DNA from: Minisyncoccota bacterium
Lineage (GTDB): Bacteria; Patescibacteriota; Minisyncoccia; Phycocordibacterales; UBA9973
Direction of reading: 5' to 3'
NCBI GenBank assembly: GCA_041675085.1
Contig: JBAYUN010000004.1
Coordinates: 2,032 to 66,031 of the forward strand
Length of the DNA stretch: 64,000 nucleotides
Shown piece by piece: positions 9,501-16,732 of the stretch (the stretch's first letter is position 1; every line of letters starts with the position of its first letter). The position numbers and the translations under genes are program-made. The notes beneath the pieces were generated by a model. It had not been told where the DNA came from, made no database searches, and was given only the letters and a program-made list of their open reading frames with translations.

Positions 9501-10477
9501 TTGGTATCTAGTCCAGTCGACTGCGCCCGACCACCCTCATAAAATACAAACAAATTTGACCTATTTATAATATAGTTCAAAACTGAATTTCCCGAATTGT
9601 CCCTAATCACAAGATCCACATAACCATCAAAATATACAGGGTCCTCCTCTGCACCCAAAACTTTCAAAACTCCTTCCACAAAGAAAATACTAGAATTAAA
9701 TTCTACCACTACTCCAGGCTCGATAACCAAAGTCGCTCCCGAGGCAAGAGTGATATCTTCGTTGACTACATACGGACTACCCTCTTTTGTCCAAGTTGTA
9801 TCTGTAGTAATATCGTCTAAGATTACTGTCCCAGTACCACTATCAGGAGAATCATCTTCACTATCTGATAAAATATAATTCACCGAAAGAGAAATAAAAT
9901 CATGCCCCGTAGTTGTACCGCTTGCCGTCGGAGTCGCGCGATATGCTGAAAATCTAACTTTAGTATTATTTATAAGACTCGCAGTATTCAAGACAGAACT
10001 AGCATCCAAGACATCAACATGATCAACGCTAGAAATACCCACAGTAGATCCAGATATCTCGACAAAACCAACTCCATCCCAAACTTCTATCTTCGATCCT
10101 GCCAAAGCACTCGAACGCTGAAATTCATGATTTATTTTTACTTCATTTATCACCGCATTTGCTGGAACATTTGGCGAAAAAATAAATTCGATGTACCTGT
10201 CGGCAACATACGTATTTTCATCTGGCCATTTATCGCTACGCATTCTATCTACTCCATTACCCGGCTCAGAATCAGAAAAACTTAATTTTTCAATATCACC
10301 TTCTGAAAAAATCTCGGCAACACCAGAACTTTGATCCACACCAGAAGTCACATAATAGACCCCCATATTTTCTGCAATAACTACAGAAATAAAAAAACTG
10401 TTCAACAGAACAGCCATAAGAACAAAAACAAAAAAGTTTTTAAAAATAGAAACCCTGGTTTTTCCTACCAGCGACAT
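6506..10477 (-). CDS. Giant (1323 aa) surface protein: signal peptide, parallel beta-helix repeats, alpha/beta-hydrolase (lipase-like, nucleophile elbow AHSTGG) domain, C-terminal TM anchor
   Basis: An N-terminal hydrophobic segment is followed by repeated N/D/G-rich beta-helix-like units. VTLIAHSTGGLVIKAL is a GxSxG nucleophile elbow, and the terminal FYVIIFIVLLSSFLIKRFIKI is a membrane anchor. Confidence 0.75.
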   Translation of the reverse strand: MSLVGKTRVSIFKNFFVFVLMAVLLNSFFISVVIAENMGVYYVTSGVDQSSGVAEIFSEGDIEKLSFSDSEPGNGVDRMRSDKWPDENTYVADRYIEFIFSPNVPANAVINEVKINHEFQRSSALAGSKIEVWDGVGFVEISGSTVGISSVDHVDVLDASSVLNTASLINNTKVRFSAYRATPTASGTTTGHDFISLSVNYILSDSEDDSPDSGTGTVILDDITTDTTWTKEGSPYVVNEDITLASGATLVIEPGVVVEFNSSIFFVEGVLKVLGAEEDPVYFDGYVDLVIRDNSGNSVLNYIINRSNLFVFYEGGRAQSTGLDTNNDILFFETNSEFADLKATSLYLYDSSMVEINDSLFSGEAKIEVQDYSNLILKNSKVESLNQDSIVNIYNNASASFTNVDILSLDQSNSGISVFGNSNLNFKDGSLSGSRGGFLVYNDSHLNMLNSEISCDNTGISVYNNSAVDFNTGSVNCGVYGMSLFNNVQANFKKVKVFGAMDSGFIVFNNFGDSFVKITDSEITDNLYGFVVYDSVFSANKSNIHNNILSGAFTFRDVDLDFNNNYWGDATGPYHVDLNPNGLGDSVSEHILFEPWLPSWPPVEECVKNCNSNVMFFPGVQGSRMYGEVFDCSSVTPRDPMFCGEQQLWVSPHKVLQEFMFLDEFGKSKNNVYTKNDTESVEGDGGELGVIDEALTVNIYKSFIADLRNLKNTELSLIEDYALIPYDWRLSLEDIIINGKVIGENLSYLNSGDFSESFIVSELRELQRTSRTGKVTLIAHSTGGLVIKALVQKLKDTNDPLYNQIEKIIFIAVPQVGTPEATIAMLHGVPLGPFGILMPSERSREFGENMPTIYNLAPSSGYFNTVDTDQNPILSFQDHPLLENLISKYGSSINTKEELKDFVLGGDGRAKPSVSDTDKPNIVNEYLYSQAELTHGVIDNWQPSPNTKIIEVAGWGEETKVGLKYVIKRKLLGLGREYVSHKPIVSVDGDSTVAFPSALWMENRENVEEWVINLPLFNSLPGPRRDHKNILEIQNLIQFIQAQITDKVFTDNEGIVLKNDNLNFVASNARLHFTLHSPLTLGIFDKEGRYTGLDPVTKEIKQEIPNVNYDMIGTVQFISAPAGIPYTLQLDGYEEGSFTLDVERQEGNNIIQENYFEMIPSSDKTLAYLYIGEDFEVSKAELKVDSDGDGTIDTIYPKVATPEPITPPSSHGVVILINKDNEAKKELVSKTENITPSIGIVLGVESEIPSQSEDIKIQKEEKVLIENKSEGAVQIEAEEIADDSPKESVDVLKEKNTNKNTSFYVIIFIVLLSSFLIKRFIKI

Positions 10478-10520
10478 ACTAAAATTATAATTTTTATAAA
10501 ATCAAAACAAAAGACAAAAT

Positions 10521-10553
10521 CTGTGGATAACTATCCAAGGGCATCCCTTGGAT
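10521..10553 (+). repeat. REP element copy A (ctgtggataactatccaagggcatcccttggat); overlaps the 3' end / stop region of the RAYT gene
   Basis: Nested palindromes tggata-ac-tatcca and atccaaggg-cat-cccttggat. The element contains TGTGGATAA, the reverse complement of the DnaA-box consensus TTATCCACA. Confidence 0.85.
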
Positions 10554-11193
10554 GATTTAACCATTCGTCTATTTCTTTTAGAAAATCTTGCTTTGAAGTA
10601 AAATATTCTGGAAAAGCTTTTATGTTTAGAATCAACACTTCCCTTCTAGGTACTTCTAAAAAATCTAAATAGCTCGAGTTGCTGTAACTGTACAAATAAT
10701 CTTTAGTTTTAGATAAATCATTTATACCTTGCTCCTTCCAAGTTGGGTCAAAAATCTTTACAGGATTGAGGTGAATATACATAAAAATATATTTTAAATA
10801 TTCATCAGAATCTAAATGCTCGGCTCGGAACCTACCTTCAAACAATTTACCCGTCCTGTCGTACTTCTTGTTGAAATACATAGAATACGCAGTCGATAAT
10901 TTCTCCATAAAAATACTAATACCGTTTTCTTGTTTTTCTTTTAGCAATAAATGAAAATGATTTGGCATCAAACAATAACTGCCAATATCGACAAGAGTTT
11001 CGCCTCGTTCTATCTTGTCCAAGGGCACCCCTTGGATAGTTTTAAAGACAACTGGTTTCGAGCCATTGCATACAAATAAAAGCTTTATAAACCTCTTGTA
11101 GTCAAAATCATCCAAAAATATCAAGGATTTATTGTTTCCCCTATTGTAAACATGATAGTATTCGTTAATTGAAAAATTTATCTTTCTTTCCAT
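10531..11193 (-). CDS. tnpA_REP: REP-associated tyrosine transposase (RAYT, IS200/IS605-type Y1 HUH transposase)
   Basis: HUH motif (YCLMPNHFHLLL), the HVYNRGNN motif and conserved Tyr residues downstream. A degenerate REP lies inside the ORF (11027-11050). Confidence 0.8.
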   Translation of the reverse strand: MERKINFSINEYYHVYNRGNNKSLIFLDDFDYKRFIKLLFVCNGSKPVVFKTIQGVPLDKIERGETLVDIGSYCLMPNHFHLLLKEKQENGISIFMEKLSTAYSMYFNKKYDRTGKLFEGRFRAEHLDSDEYLKYIFMYIHLNPVKIFDPTWKEQGINDLSKTKDYLYSYSNSSYLDFLEVPRREVLILNIKAFPEYFTSKQDFLKEIDEWLNHPRDALG

Positions 11194-11223
11194 ATTATCT
11201 AAATATCACCACTAACAAATAAA

Positions 11224-11247
11224 ATCCAAGGATTGACCTTGGATTTT
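11224..11247. repeat. Degenerate REP-like palindrome (atccaagg attgac cttggat)
   Basis: Same arms as the REP but a different loop. Confidence 0.5.
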
Positions 11248-11253
11248 ATGATT

Positions 11254-12000
11254 TTACAACTTATTTAATCTATCGATTTCTGTTTGGTAAACTGTTTTAT
11301 TTTGAGGATATACTTCTATCGCTTTATTCCAGACTGCTATCGCTTCGTTTTTCTGTCCATTATTTTCAGCTATGCGAGCAAAGTTGGTCATCAGGTTTAT
11401 CTTTGTTTTTGGATCAACTTTATTCATACCTTGATCGTACACTGCCTTTAAAACAGTAAAGCTCGCAGTAGTCTTTTCGTCCATAGCTACCAACTTGTAA
11501 ATCCAATAATCTGTGTAAGTCGGGTTGAGCTCTATCGCTTGGTCTATCATCTCGAGTGCTTTATTCCAATCCCCTTTGGCGCTATATGCAGAGAAAAGTC
11601 TCACATAAACTACATCGGATTTGCTATAAGTCAGAGCTTCATCAAAATAACTTATTGCTTTAGTGTAATCTTTATCATTAAAAGCAGTCGAACCATTAGC
11701 TAAAGCTGTATTGAATTTTGTTTTATTGGTATTTACTACTGGTTTTACTGTTGGGTCTGTCGCACTCGTATTAGTATTTTCTTCTACTTTTTCTGTTTCT
11801 GTAGTAGTGTTCTCATCTATTACCGTACTAGTATTATCTAAATCAATATTTTCTATATCTTCATCAATACCTTTCTTGTAATCCATGAGTCCAGCAATAA
11901 CCAATATGGCTATCATTGCTCCTATTATTATATAATTGATGTATTTTTTATTCATAGTATTAATTATATAGAAAAACAACAAAGAATCAATATTTACCAT
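11254..12000 (-). CDS. Membrane-anchored TPR-repeat protein (likely start at the Met at 11955)
   Basis: A TM segment is followed by TPR-like helical repeats. Confidence 0.6.
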   Translation of the reverse strand: MVNIDSLLFFYIINTMNKKYINYIIIGAMIAILVIAGLMDYKKGIDEDIENIDLDNTSTVIDENTTTETEKVEENTNTSATDPTVKPVVNTNKTKFNTALANGSTAFNDKDYTKAISYFDEALTYSKSDVVYVRLFSAYSAKGDWNKALEMIDQAIELNPTYTDYWIYKLVAMDEKTTASFTVLKAVYDQGMNKVDPKTKINLMTNFARIAENNGQKNEAIAVWNKAIEVYPQNKTVYQTEIDRLNKL

Positions 12001-12036
12001 TTATCCAAGGGATGCCCTTGGATAGTTATCCACAGG
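12001..12036 (-). repeat. REP copy D (reverse orientation)
   Basis: ttatccaagggatgcccttggatagttatccacagg. Confidence 0.85.
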
Positions 12037-12070
12037 TGGGCTTGGGTTGGTTTTTGGCTTAGTTTTTAGT

Positions 12071-13528
12071 TTAGTTTACTGAACTTAGCATCTTTTCTTT
12101 GGTTTTTGGACCTATTAGTCCGTCAGCAGTCAATCCATTATCCTTTTGCCATTGCTTGATAACTGCTATCGTCTTTGGTCCTAATTTACCGTCAACTACT
12201 AGACCTAGGTTTAAAACTTGATTCAAGAATCTTTGCAATTCTTTTACAGCTTCACCCTTGCTGCCATTTTTCAAGATAGTGTTTCCAAAATTGTATTTAA
12301 TTATCGGAGTTGCAGATAGAGTGCCAGTATTCACTACGCAAGACTTACCCGTAGTAGTACTAAAGCCAGTTGTTCTATTATCGCAACCTGGTATAACATT
12401 GTCGGCTACTGTAATACTGATACTAATAGGTACGATAATTTCAGAACCATTAGTAGAAATAGGAGTTACAGTCAAAGTCGGAGTCGCAGACACAACTAGA
12501 GGAGCAGGAGCAGGACTTCCACTTCCTCCACTATGCACCACAGCCACATAATCAAAAGTCGCTACTGGAGAAGTGTTATCAAAAAGATCACAACCTACGG
12601 CTTTGACTGTAGTCGAAGCTGTAACATTGAAAGGATTTGCTGTGAGGCCTGTAGTACAAGTCGGAGTCGAGCCATCTACAGTATAATGAATATCAGTAGA
12701 ACCAGTTGAAGATAAAGTCAGAGCTTGAGATGTGAGGTTTACTAAAATCATATTTGTAACGCTCGAAGTCGGAGTGCTTGGGATCTGACGATCAGATACG
12801 TCTTGGTTTTGAGTTGAAGCATTTGAATTTGCAAAAGGTGAAATATCGCGAACTGCATCAAGAGCTATATCTAAACCTGCTCCAGACCAAAAGTCAGGAT
12901 TAAGCAAAGGTTGAGTTGTAAGATTCACAATAGAAGCATCAGTACCATCGACAGCTGCGGCTGTTATCACTACACCATTAGCGGTCAAATCGAAATCAGA
13001 CCCATTAGCTTCTTGAACCGCTACATCTTCAGAAAAAGTAACTGCTATGTTTGTATTACTTGTGGCACTAGCAGAAACAAAAACAGGATTCTGATCATCG
13101 TTCACAGCCAGAGAAGCTCCATGAGCCACAACTTCATTCGTATCTCCGTTGGTGTCAGTTACAGCCAAAGCATCTACATACAATCCATGACTAGCGTCGT
13201 AAGCAGTAGCTGTATCAGAGAAAGGAGTACCTGCGAAAGTTAGAGTCGCTACCCAAGGGTTACCTGGAGTAGTAATAACAGCTGAGACAGGAGTCAGAGG
13301 GCTCACTCCCCCAGTATTCACGTCTATGTGGAATTTAGAGAAATCGATAGAAGCCAAGTTGTGTCCTGGATTATTAAAATAAACCTGAATAGTATTAGAG
13401 GAAACAATATTTCCTCCAGCTGTACCGATATCGGCAGCGGCATTCGCTTTTAGACTAAAAGAGTAAACAAAGACAAAAACCAAACTCGTCACCAATAAAG
13501 ACAAACTCAACTTTTTTATGATTTGCAT
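12071..13528 (-). CDS. Secreted surface protein with Ig-like/beta-rich repeats and a C-terminal PG_binding_1 domain
   Basis: Signal peptide, with the C-terminus GSKGEAVKELQRFLNQ..DGKLGPKT..IKQWQ. Confidence 0.7.
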   Translation of the reverse strand: MQIIKKLSLSLLVTSLVFVFVYSFSLKANAAADIGTAGGNIVSSNTIQVYFNNPGHNLASIDFSKFHIDVNTGGVSPLTPVSAVITTPGNPWVATLTFAGTPFSDTATAYDASHGLYVDALAVTDTNGDTNEVVAHGASLAVNDDQNPVFVSASATSNTNIAVTFSEDVAVQEANGSDFDLTANGVVITAAAVDGTDASIVNLTTQPLLNPDFWSGAGLDIALDAVRDISPFANSNASTQNQDVSDRQIPSTPTSSVTNMILVNLTSQALTLSSTGSTDIHYTVDGSTPTCTTGLTANPFNVTASTTVKAVGCDLFDNTSPVATFDYVAVVHSGGSGSPAPAPLVVSATPTLTVTPISTNGSEIIVPISISITVADNVIPGCDNRTTGFSTTTGKSCVVNTGTLSATPIIKYNFGNTILKNGSKGEAVKELQRFLNQVLNLGLVVDGKLGPKTIAVIKQWQKDNGLTADGLIGPKTKEKMLSSVN

Positions 13529-13589
13529 ATTAATTTATTTAGAAAACAATTTTAAATTTAATAATAGAAACAAATAACTAAATTAATTA

Positions 13590-13630
13590 TAACACAAACA
13601 AAAAGCTAAATCATAAATTTATGATTTAGC
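13590..13630. terminator. Bidirectional terminator (14-bp perfect palindrome agctaaatcataaa/tttatgatttagct flanked by A- and T-runs)
   Basis: Seen directly in the sequence. Confidence 0.55.
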
Positions 13631-13643
13631 TTTTTGTTCTACC

Positions 13644-13676
13644 CTGTGGATAATTATCCAAGGGCATCCCTTGGAT
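13644..13676 (+). repeat. REP copy E, followed by the gggaaggtc-aga-ccttccc hairpin (13680-13705)
   Basis: ctgtggataattatccaagggcatcccttggat. Confidence 0.85.
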
Positions 13677-13713
13677 TTTGGGAAGGTCAGACCTTCCCTT
13701 TTTTAAGATTAAA

Positions 13714-13956
13714 TTATTCAGTGTAAAAAATATTGTTTATCTCTTCAAGAGTTAGGAATGGTTTCAAAGCTCTGATTATAGCTTTCTGTGTTCCCCTATC
13801 TAATTCGTCATGATTTGGTATTGAGATATTTTGAGTTTCGTTTATATTAACACGACTTAATCTTATATGACTTCCTTTTTGCCTAACAACAACAAAACCA
13901 AGCGCTTCTAATTCTTTAATAATTTCTTTACCTGAAAGTCTTTTAAGATTAGGCAT
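13714..13956 (-). CDS. hicA: HicA-family mRNA-interferase toxin
   Basis: GSHIRL.. and IPNHDELDRGTQKAIIRAL match the HicA/YcfA fold signature. The gene overlaps hicB by 8 nt. Confidence 0.7.
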   Translation of the reverse strand: MPNLKRLSGKEIIKELEALGFVVVRQKGSHIRLSRVNINETQNISIPNHDELDRGTQKAIIRALKPFLTLEEINNIFYTE

Positions 13957-14170
13957 ATATCATATCTGCTAAATCAAAATTAATCATAACAGGATGAGAA
14001 ATATTATCCTTTTGATCAACTTCTTCGAAATACAAATCTGTAGCTTCTTTTATATTACTTACAAGCTCCTCAAAGGTTTTACCTTGAGTTACTATCGCAT
14101 AGTCATTTGCAGAGCCGACATAATAGCCGTCTTCTCCTTTTTCTATTTTAAATAATACTATTTTTGACAT
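13949..14170 (-). CDS. hicB: HicB-family antitoxin (short, UPF0150 domain only)
   Basis: YYVGSANDYAIVTQGKTFEELVSNIKEA motif, lying upstream of and overlapping hicA. Confidence 0.6.
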   Translation of the reverse strand: MSKIVLFKIEKGEDGYYVGSANDYAIVTQGKTFEELVSNIKEATDLYFEEVDQKDNISHPVMINFDLADMIYA

Positions 14171-14236
14171 ATTTATATTATATCACAAAATGTTAGAAAA
14201 GATAGGTTTTATTTTATAAAGGGTCTAAAAAAGGAG

Positions 14237-14269
14237 CTGTGGATAACTATCCAAGGGCATCCCTTGGAT
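14237..14269 (+). repeat. REP copy F
   Basis: Identical 33-mer. Confidence 0.85.
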
Positions 14270-14280
14270 GTGGCAAATAC

Positions 14281-14604
14281 TTATTTTTGTTTTTTCTTTT
14301 CTAATAAGTACACACGAGAAGCTAGTTCGTCAAACATACGATGAGTAACAAATTTATCACCTAGATCCAACATATCTCTACGAGTTGCTTTAACATTTTC
14401 GTCTATTTGTTTTACTTTTTCATCTAAAGCATCAAACTTAGAATCTATGCCATCGAATTTAGCATCTATAGCATCAAATTTAGAATCTATACGTTCAAAT
14501 CCCTTAGCAGTCATAATAGCTAAGTTGTTTACAGTTTCTGAAAGATTGTTAACAGTACCTGCTAAATCTTCGATAGTCATTTTCTTTTTTACGACTTTCT
14601 TCAT
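14281..14604 (-). CDS. Small coiled-coil protein with 8-aa tandem repeats (SKFDAIDAKFDGIDSKFDALD)
   Basis: 107-aa ORF with about 24-bp periodicity in the DNA at roughly 14425-14500. Confidence 0.6.
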   Translation of the reverse strand: MKKVVKKKMTIEDLAGTVNNLSETVNNLAIMTAKGFERIDSKFDAIDAKFDGIDSKFDALDEKVKQIDENVKATRRDMLDLGDKFVTHRMFDELASRVYLLEKKKQK

Positions 14605-14610
14605 TCTTTA

Positions 14611-14640
14611 ATTATATCACACAAGAATTTTGTGATGCAA
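14611..14640 (-). promoter_or_regulatory. Sigma70-like promoter TTGCAT-N18-TATAAT only 6 nt upstream of the ATG, which predicts a leaderless transcript
   Basis: The minus-strand read is ttgcatcacaaaattcttgtgtgatataattaaagaATG. The sequence is identical at 16459-16488. Confidence 0.5.
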
Positions 14641-14925
14641 TCTGTATTTATAAAGGGTCTAAAAAAGGAGCTGTGGATAACTATCCAAGGGCATCCCTTG
14701 GATTGGGAGTTTTGGATTTTGGGAAGGTCGGACCTTCCCAGATTTTGGTTTCTTGGTCTTGGGTAGGTCTGACCTCCCCTTTTTAAAATACAAATTGGAA
14801 CGCAAAAAGCCCTCGCTTTCGCGAGGGCTTTTTGCTGCTTTTTACGGCATCCCCTAAAAGTTTTCTTCTTTATTATTTCTTATTTATAAGATTGCATTAT
14901 TCTTTTAGTTGAGTCAAACTTACAA
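14611..14925 (-). repeat. Composite intergenic cassette, unit 1: promoter + REP copy G (14670-14702) + gggaaggtc hairpins + conserved terminator (14803-14843) + AT-rich tail
   Basis: Long stretches are shared with the units at 15735-15955 and 16456-16732. Confidence 0.7.
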
Positions 14926-15025
14926 ATTATTTTAAAGTTATCCACAATTATTTGCTTTTATTTTTAAAAAAATATATAATATAAGTGTTATTCAAAAAAG
15001 CCACCTGCAAAGGGGGCTTTTTTAT

Positions 15026-15649
15026 TTATATGGATACTACTGGTATTTCTTTCTTTATATTTTCTTTAATATCCAAAAGAGACATATAAAATACTTTATC
15101 TTTCTTTTCACTAACCAAAGCTCGTAGTTTAGTTGAATACACAGCAACAGTAAGCCCAGACTTGATGTCTCGACCAGCATAAGAAACTATTGTAACTTTT
15201 GTAACTCCTTTTTCAAGAGCCTTTCTTATAACATATTCAAAATCTCCATCCCCTGTAAAAATCAACAACTCAACGTCAGGAGCAGATTTATCAATAACAT
15301 CAACCGCCAGTTCCACATCACAATTAGCTTTCTTGCGATATCCCATATTTATAATTTGAATATTATCTTTCAAGCACCCAGAACATTTAAAAGCTATAAT
15401 TTTATCTTTATTTTTGTAAGAAAAAATTGATTTACTTTTAACGATACAACAAGGAGTTTTATTTAATAGATCAAATTCTTTTGCTGTTTCTATATCACCA
15501 TTATCGATACCTGTATAAAAAAGAACCTCAGAACAAGATTTTTTATTTTTTAAAAAGTCAGCTACTTTCATCCAGTCAACAACAAAGTCTAACATTTTTT
15601 CAGTTGTACTTGCTGTATTTTGAACATCCACAAAAGCATATCTTTTCAT
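15026..15649 (-). CDS. NYN-domain (LabA-like) putative RNase; the ORF extends to 15697 but the likely start is MKRYAFVDVQN
   Basis: The acidic residues FVDVQN.., DVELAVDVID and LIFTGDGDFEYVI are typical of PF01936. Confidence 0.65.
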   Translation of the reverse strand: MKRYAFVDVQNTASTTEKMLDFVVDWMKVADFLKNKKSCSEVLFYTGIDNGDIETAKEFDLLNKTPCCIVKSKSIFSYKNKDKIIAFKCSGCLKDNIQIINMGYRKKANCDVELAVDVIDKSAPDVELLIFTGDGDFEYVIRKALEKGVTKVTIVSYAGRDIKSGLTVAVYSTKLRALVSEKKDKVFYMSLLDIKENIKKEIPVVSI

Positions 15650-15734
15650 AAATAAAATTATACTATATTTTTTTCCTTCATTCAATACGATAAACATAAG
15701 CTGGATTTATGAAAGTTAATACATACAATCTGTT

Positions 15735-15955
15735 TTAAAACTAGGCTGTGGATAACTATCCAAGGGCATCCCTTGGATACGGGGTTTTGGTGAGTAGTGG
15801 GTAGTGGATATTGAGATTGGAACCCCAGTCAGTCGCGACTGACTGGGCAAGAACGCAAAAAGCCCTCGCTTTCGCGAGGGCTTTTTACTGCTTTTTGCGG
15901 CATCCCCTAAAAGTTTTCTTCTTTCTTATTTCTAAGATTGAATTATTCTTTTAGT
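15735..15955 (-). repeat. Composite cassette, unit 2: REP copy H (15746-15778) + 22-bp perfect palindrome ccagtcagtcgcgactgactgg (15825-15846) + terminator hairpin (15862-15881)
   Basis: Sequence identity with units 1 and 3 across aacgcaaaaagccctcgctttcgcgagggctttttgctgcttttt..attgaattattcttttagtt. Confidence 0.7.
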
Positions 15956-15963
15956 TCGAGATT

Positions 15964-16452
15964 TTAACTTAGAACTTTTTCTTCTAGGATTTCTATTCTT
16001 CTATCGTGATTATTTACAGTATCAGACATATCATCAAATTTTTCATTTAACTCTTTGAAGTTTTCTCTAGTTTCTATTTTAAATGATTTTAAATCTGTTT
16101 CAAGATTATTAAAATGAGTATTAGTTTCAAGTTTAAAAAGATTCAGATTAGTTTCTAAGCCATCAACTTTATCAGTTAGCTTAGAGACACTAATTGCAAC
16201 AGTTTCAACTAATTGAGTAAGGCTTCCTAGATCACTTTTTATATCAACTATGTCATTCTTAACACCAGCCATATCTCCTTTAAGACCACCTATGTCATTT
16301 TTAATGTCGAGCAAGTCTTCCTTGGTGGCGAAAGACTTTAGGTCTTCTTTGGTAGCGAAAGACTTTAGATCTTCTTTAGTGGCAAGATTTTCAAGATCTT
16401 TTTTGGTTAAGAATATTGAAGCTAATTTTTGTATGTCTTGATCTGTTAACAT
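15964..16452 (-). CDS. Coiled-coil tandem-repeat protein (LKSFATKEDL x3, 27-bp DNA repeats 16315-16395)
   Basis: 162-aa ORF; paralogous to 63119..63604 through the ATKEDL repeats, and shares its promoter with 14281..14604. Confidence 0.6.
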   Translation of the reverse strand: MLTDQDIQKLASIFLTKKDLENLATKEDLKSFATKEDLKSFATKEDLLDIKNDIGGLKGDMAGVKNDIVDIKSDLGSLTQLVETVAISVSKLTDKVDGLETNLNLFKLETNTHFNNLETDLKSFKIETRENFKELNEKFDDMSDTVNNHDRRIEILEEKVLS

Positions 16453-16455
16453 TCT

Positions 16456-16732
16456 TTAATTATATCACACAAGAATTTTGTGATGCAATCTGTATTTATA
16501 AAGGGTCTAAAAATGAACCTGTGGATAACTATCCAAGGGCATCCCTTGGATTTATGGTTTTGGGTTTTGGGGAGATCAGACCTTCCCTTTTCTTTTTTTT
16601 CCTTTTTTAAAATACAAATTGGAACGCAAAAAGCCCTCGCTTTCGCGGGGGCTTTTTGCTGCTTTTTACGGCATCCCTTAAAAGTTTTCTTCTTTCTTAT
16701 TTCTAAGATTGAATTATTCTTTTAGTTCAAAA
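16456..16732 (-). repeat. Composite cassette, unit 3: promoter (16459-16488) + REP copy I (16519-16551) + hairpin + terminator (16633-16652)
   Basis: As for units 1 and 2. Confidence 0.7.

Noticed and set aside
10331-10555. Plus-strand ORFs ending ..VDNYPRASLG (10331..10555 and 16416..16610)
   Set aside because: They are translations of the REP hairpin (ctgtggataactatccaagggcatcccttgg) and its flanks. They recur because the repeat recurs, not because a protein is encoded.
10521-16551. Possible CRISPR array, because of a recurring 33-bp repeat
   Set aside because: The copies are palindromic and irregularly spaced (0.4-1.7 kb), and they are separated by whole genes and terminators. No cas genes are present. 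This is a REP/RAYT system, not CRISPR.
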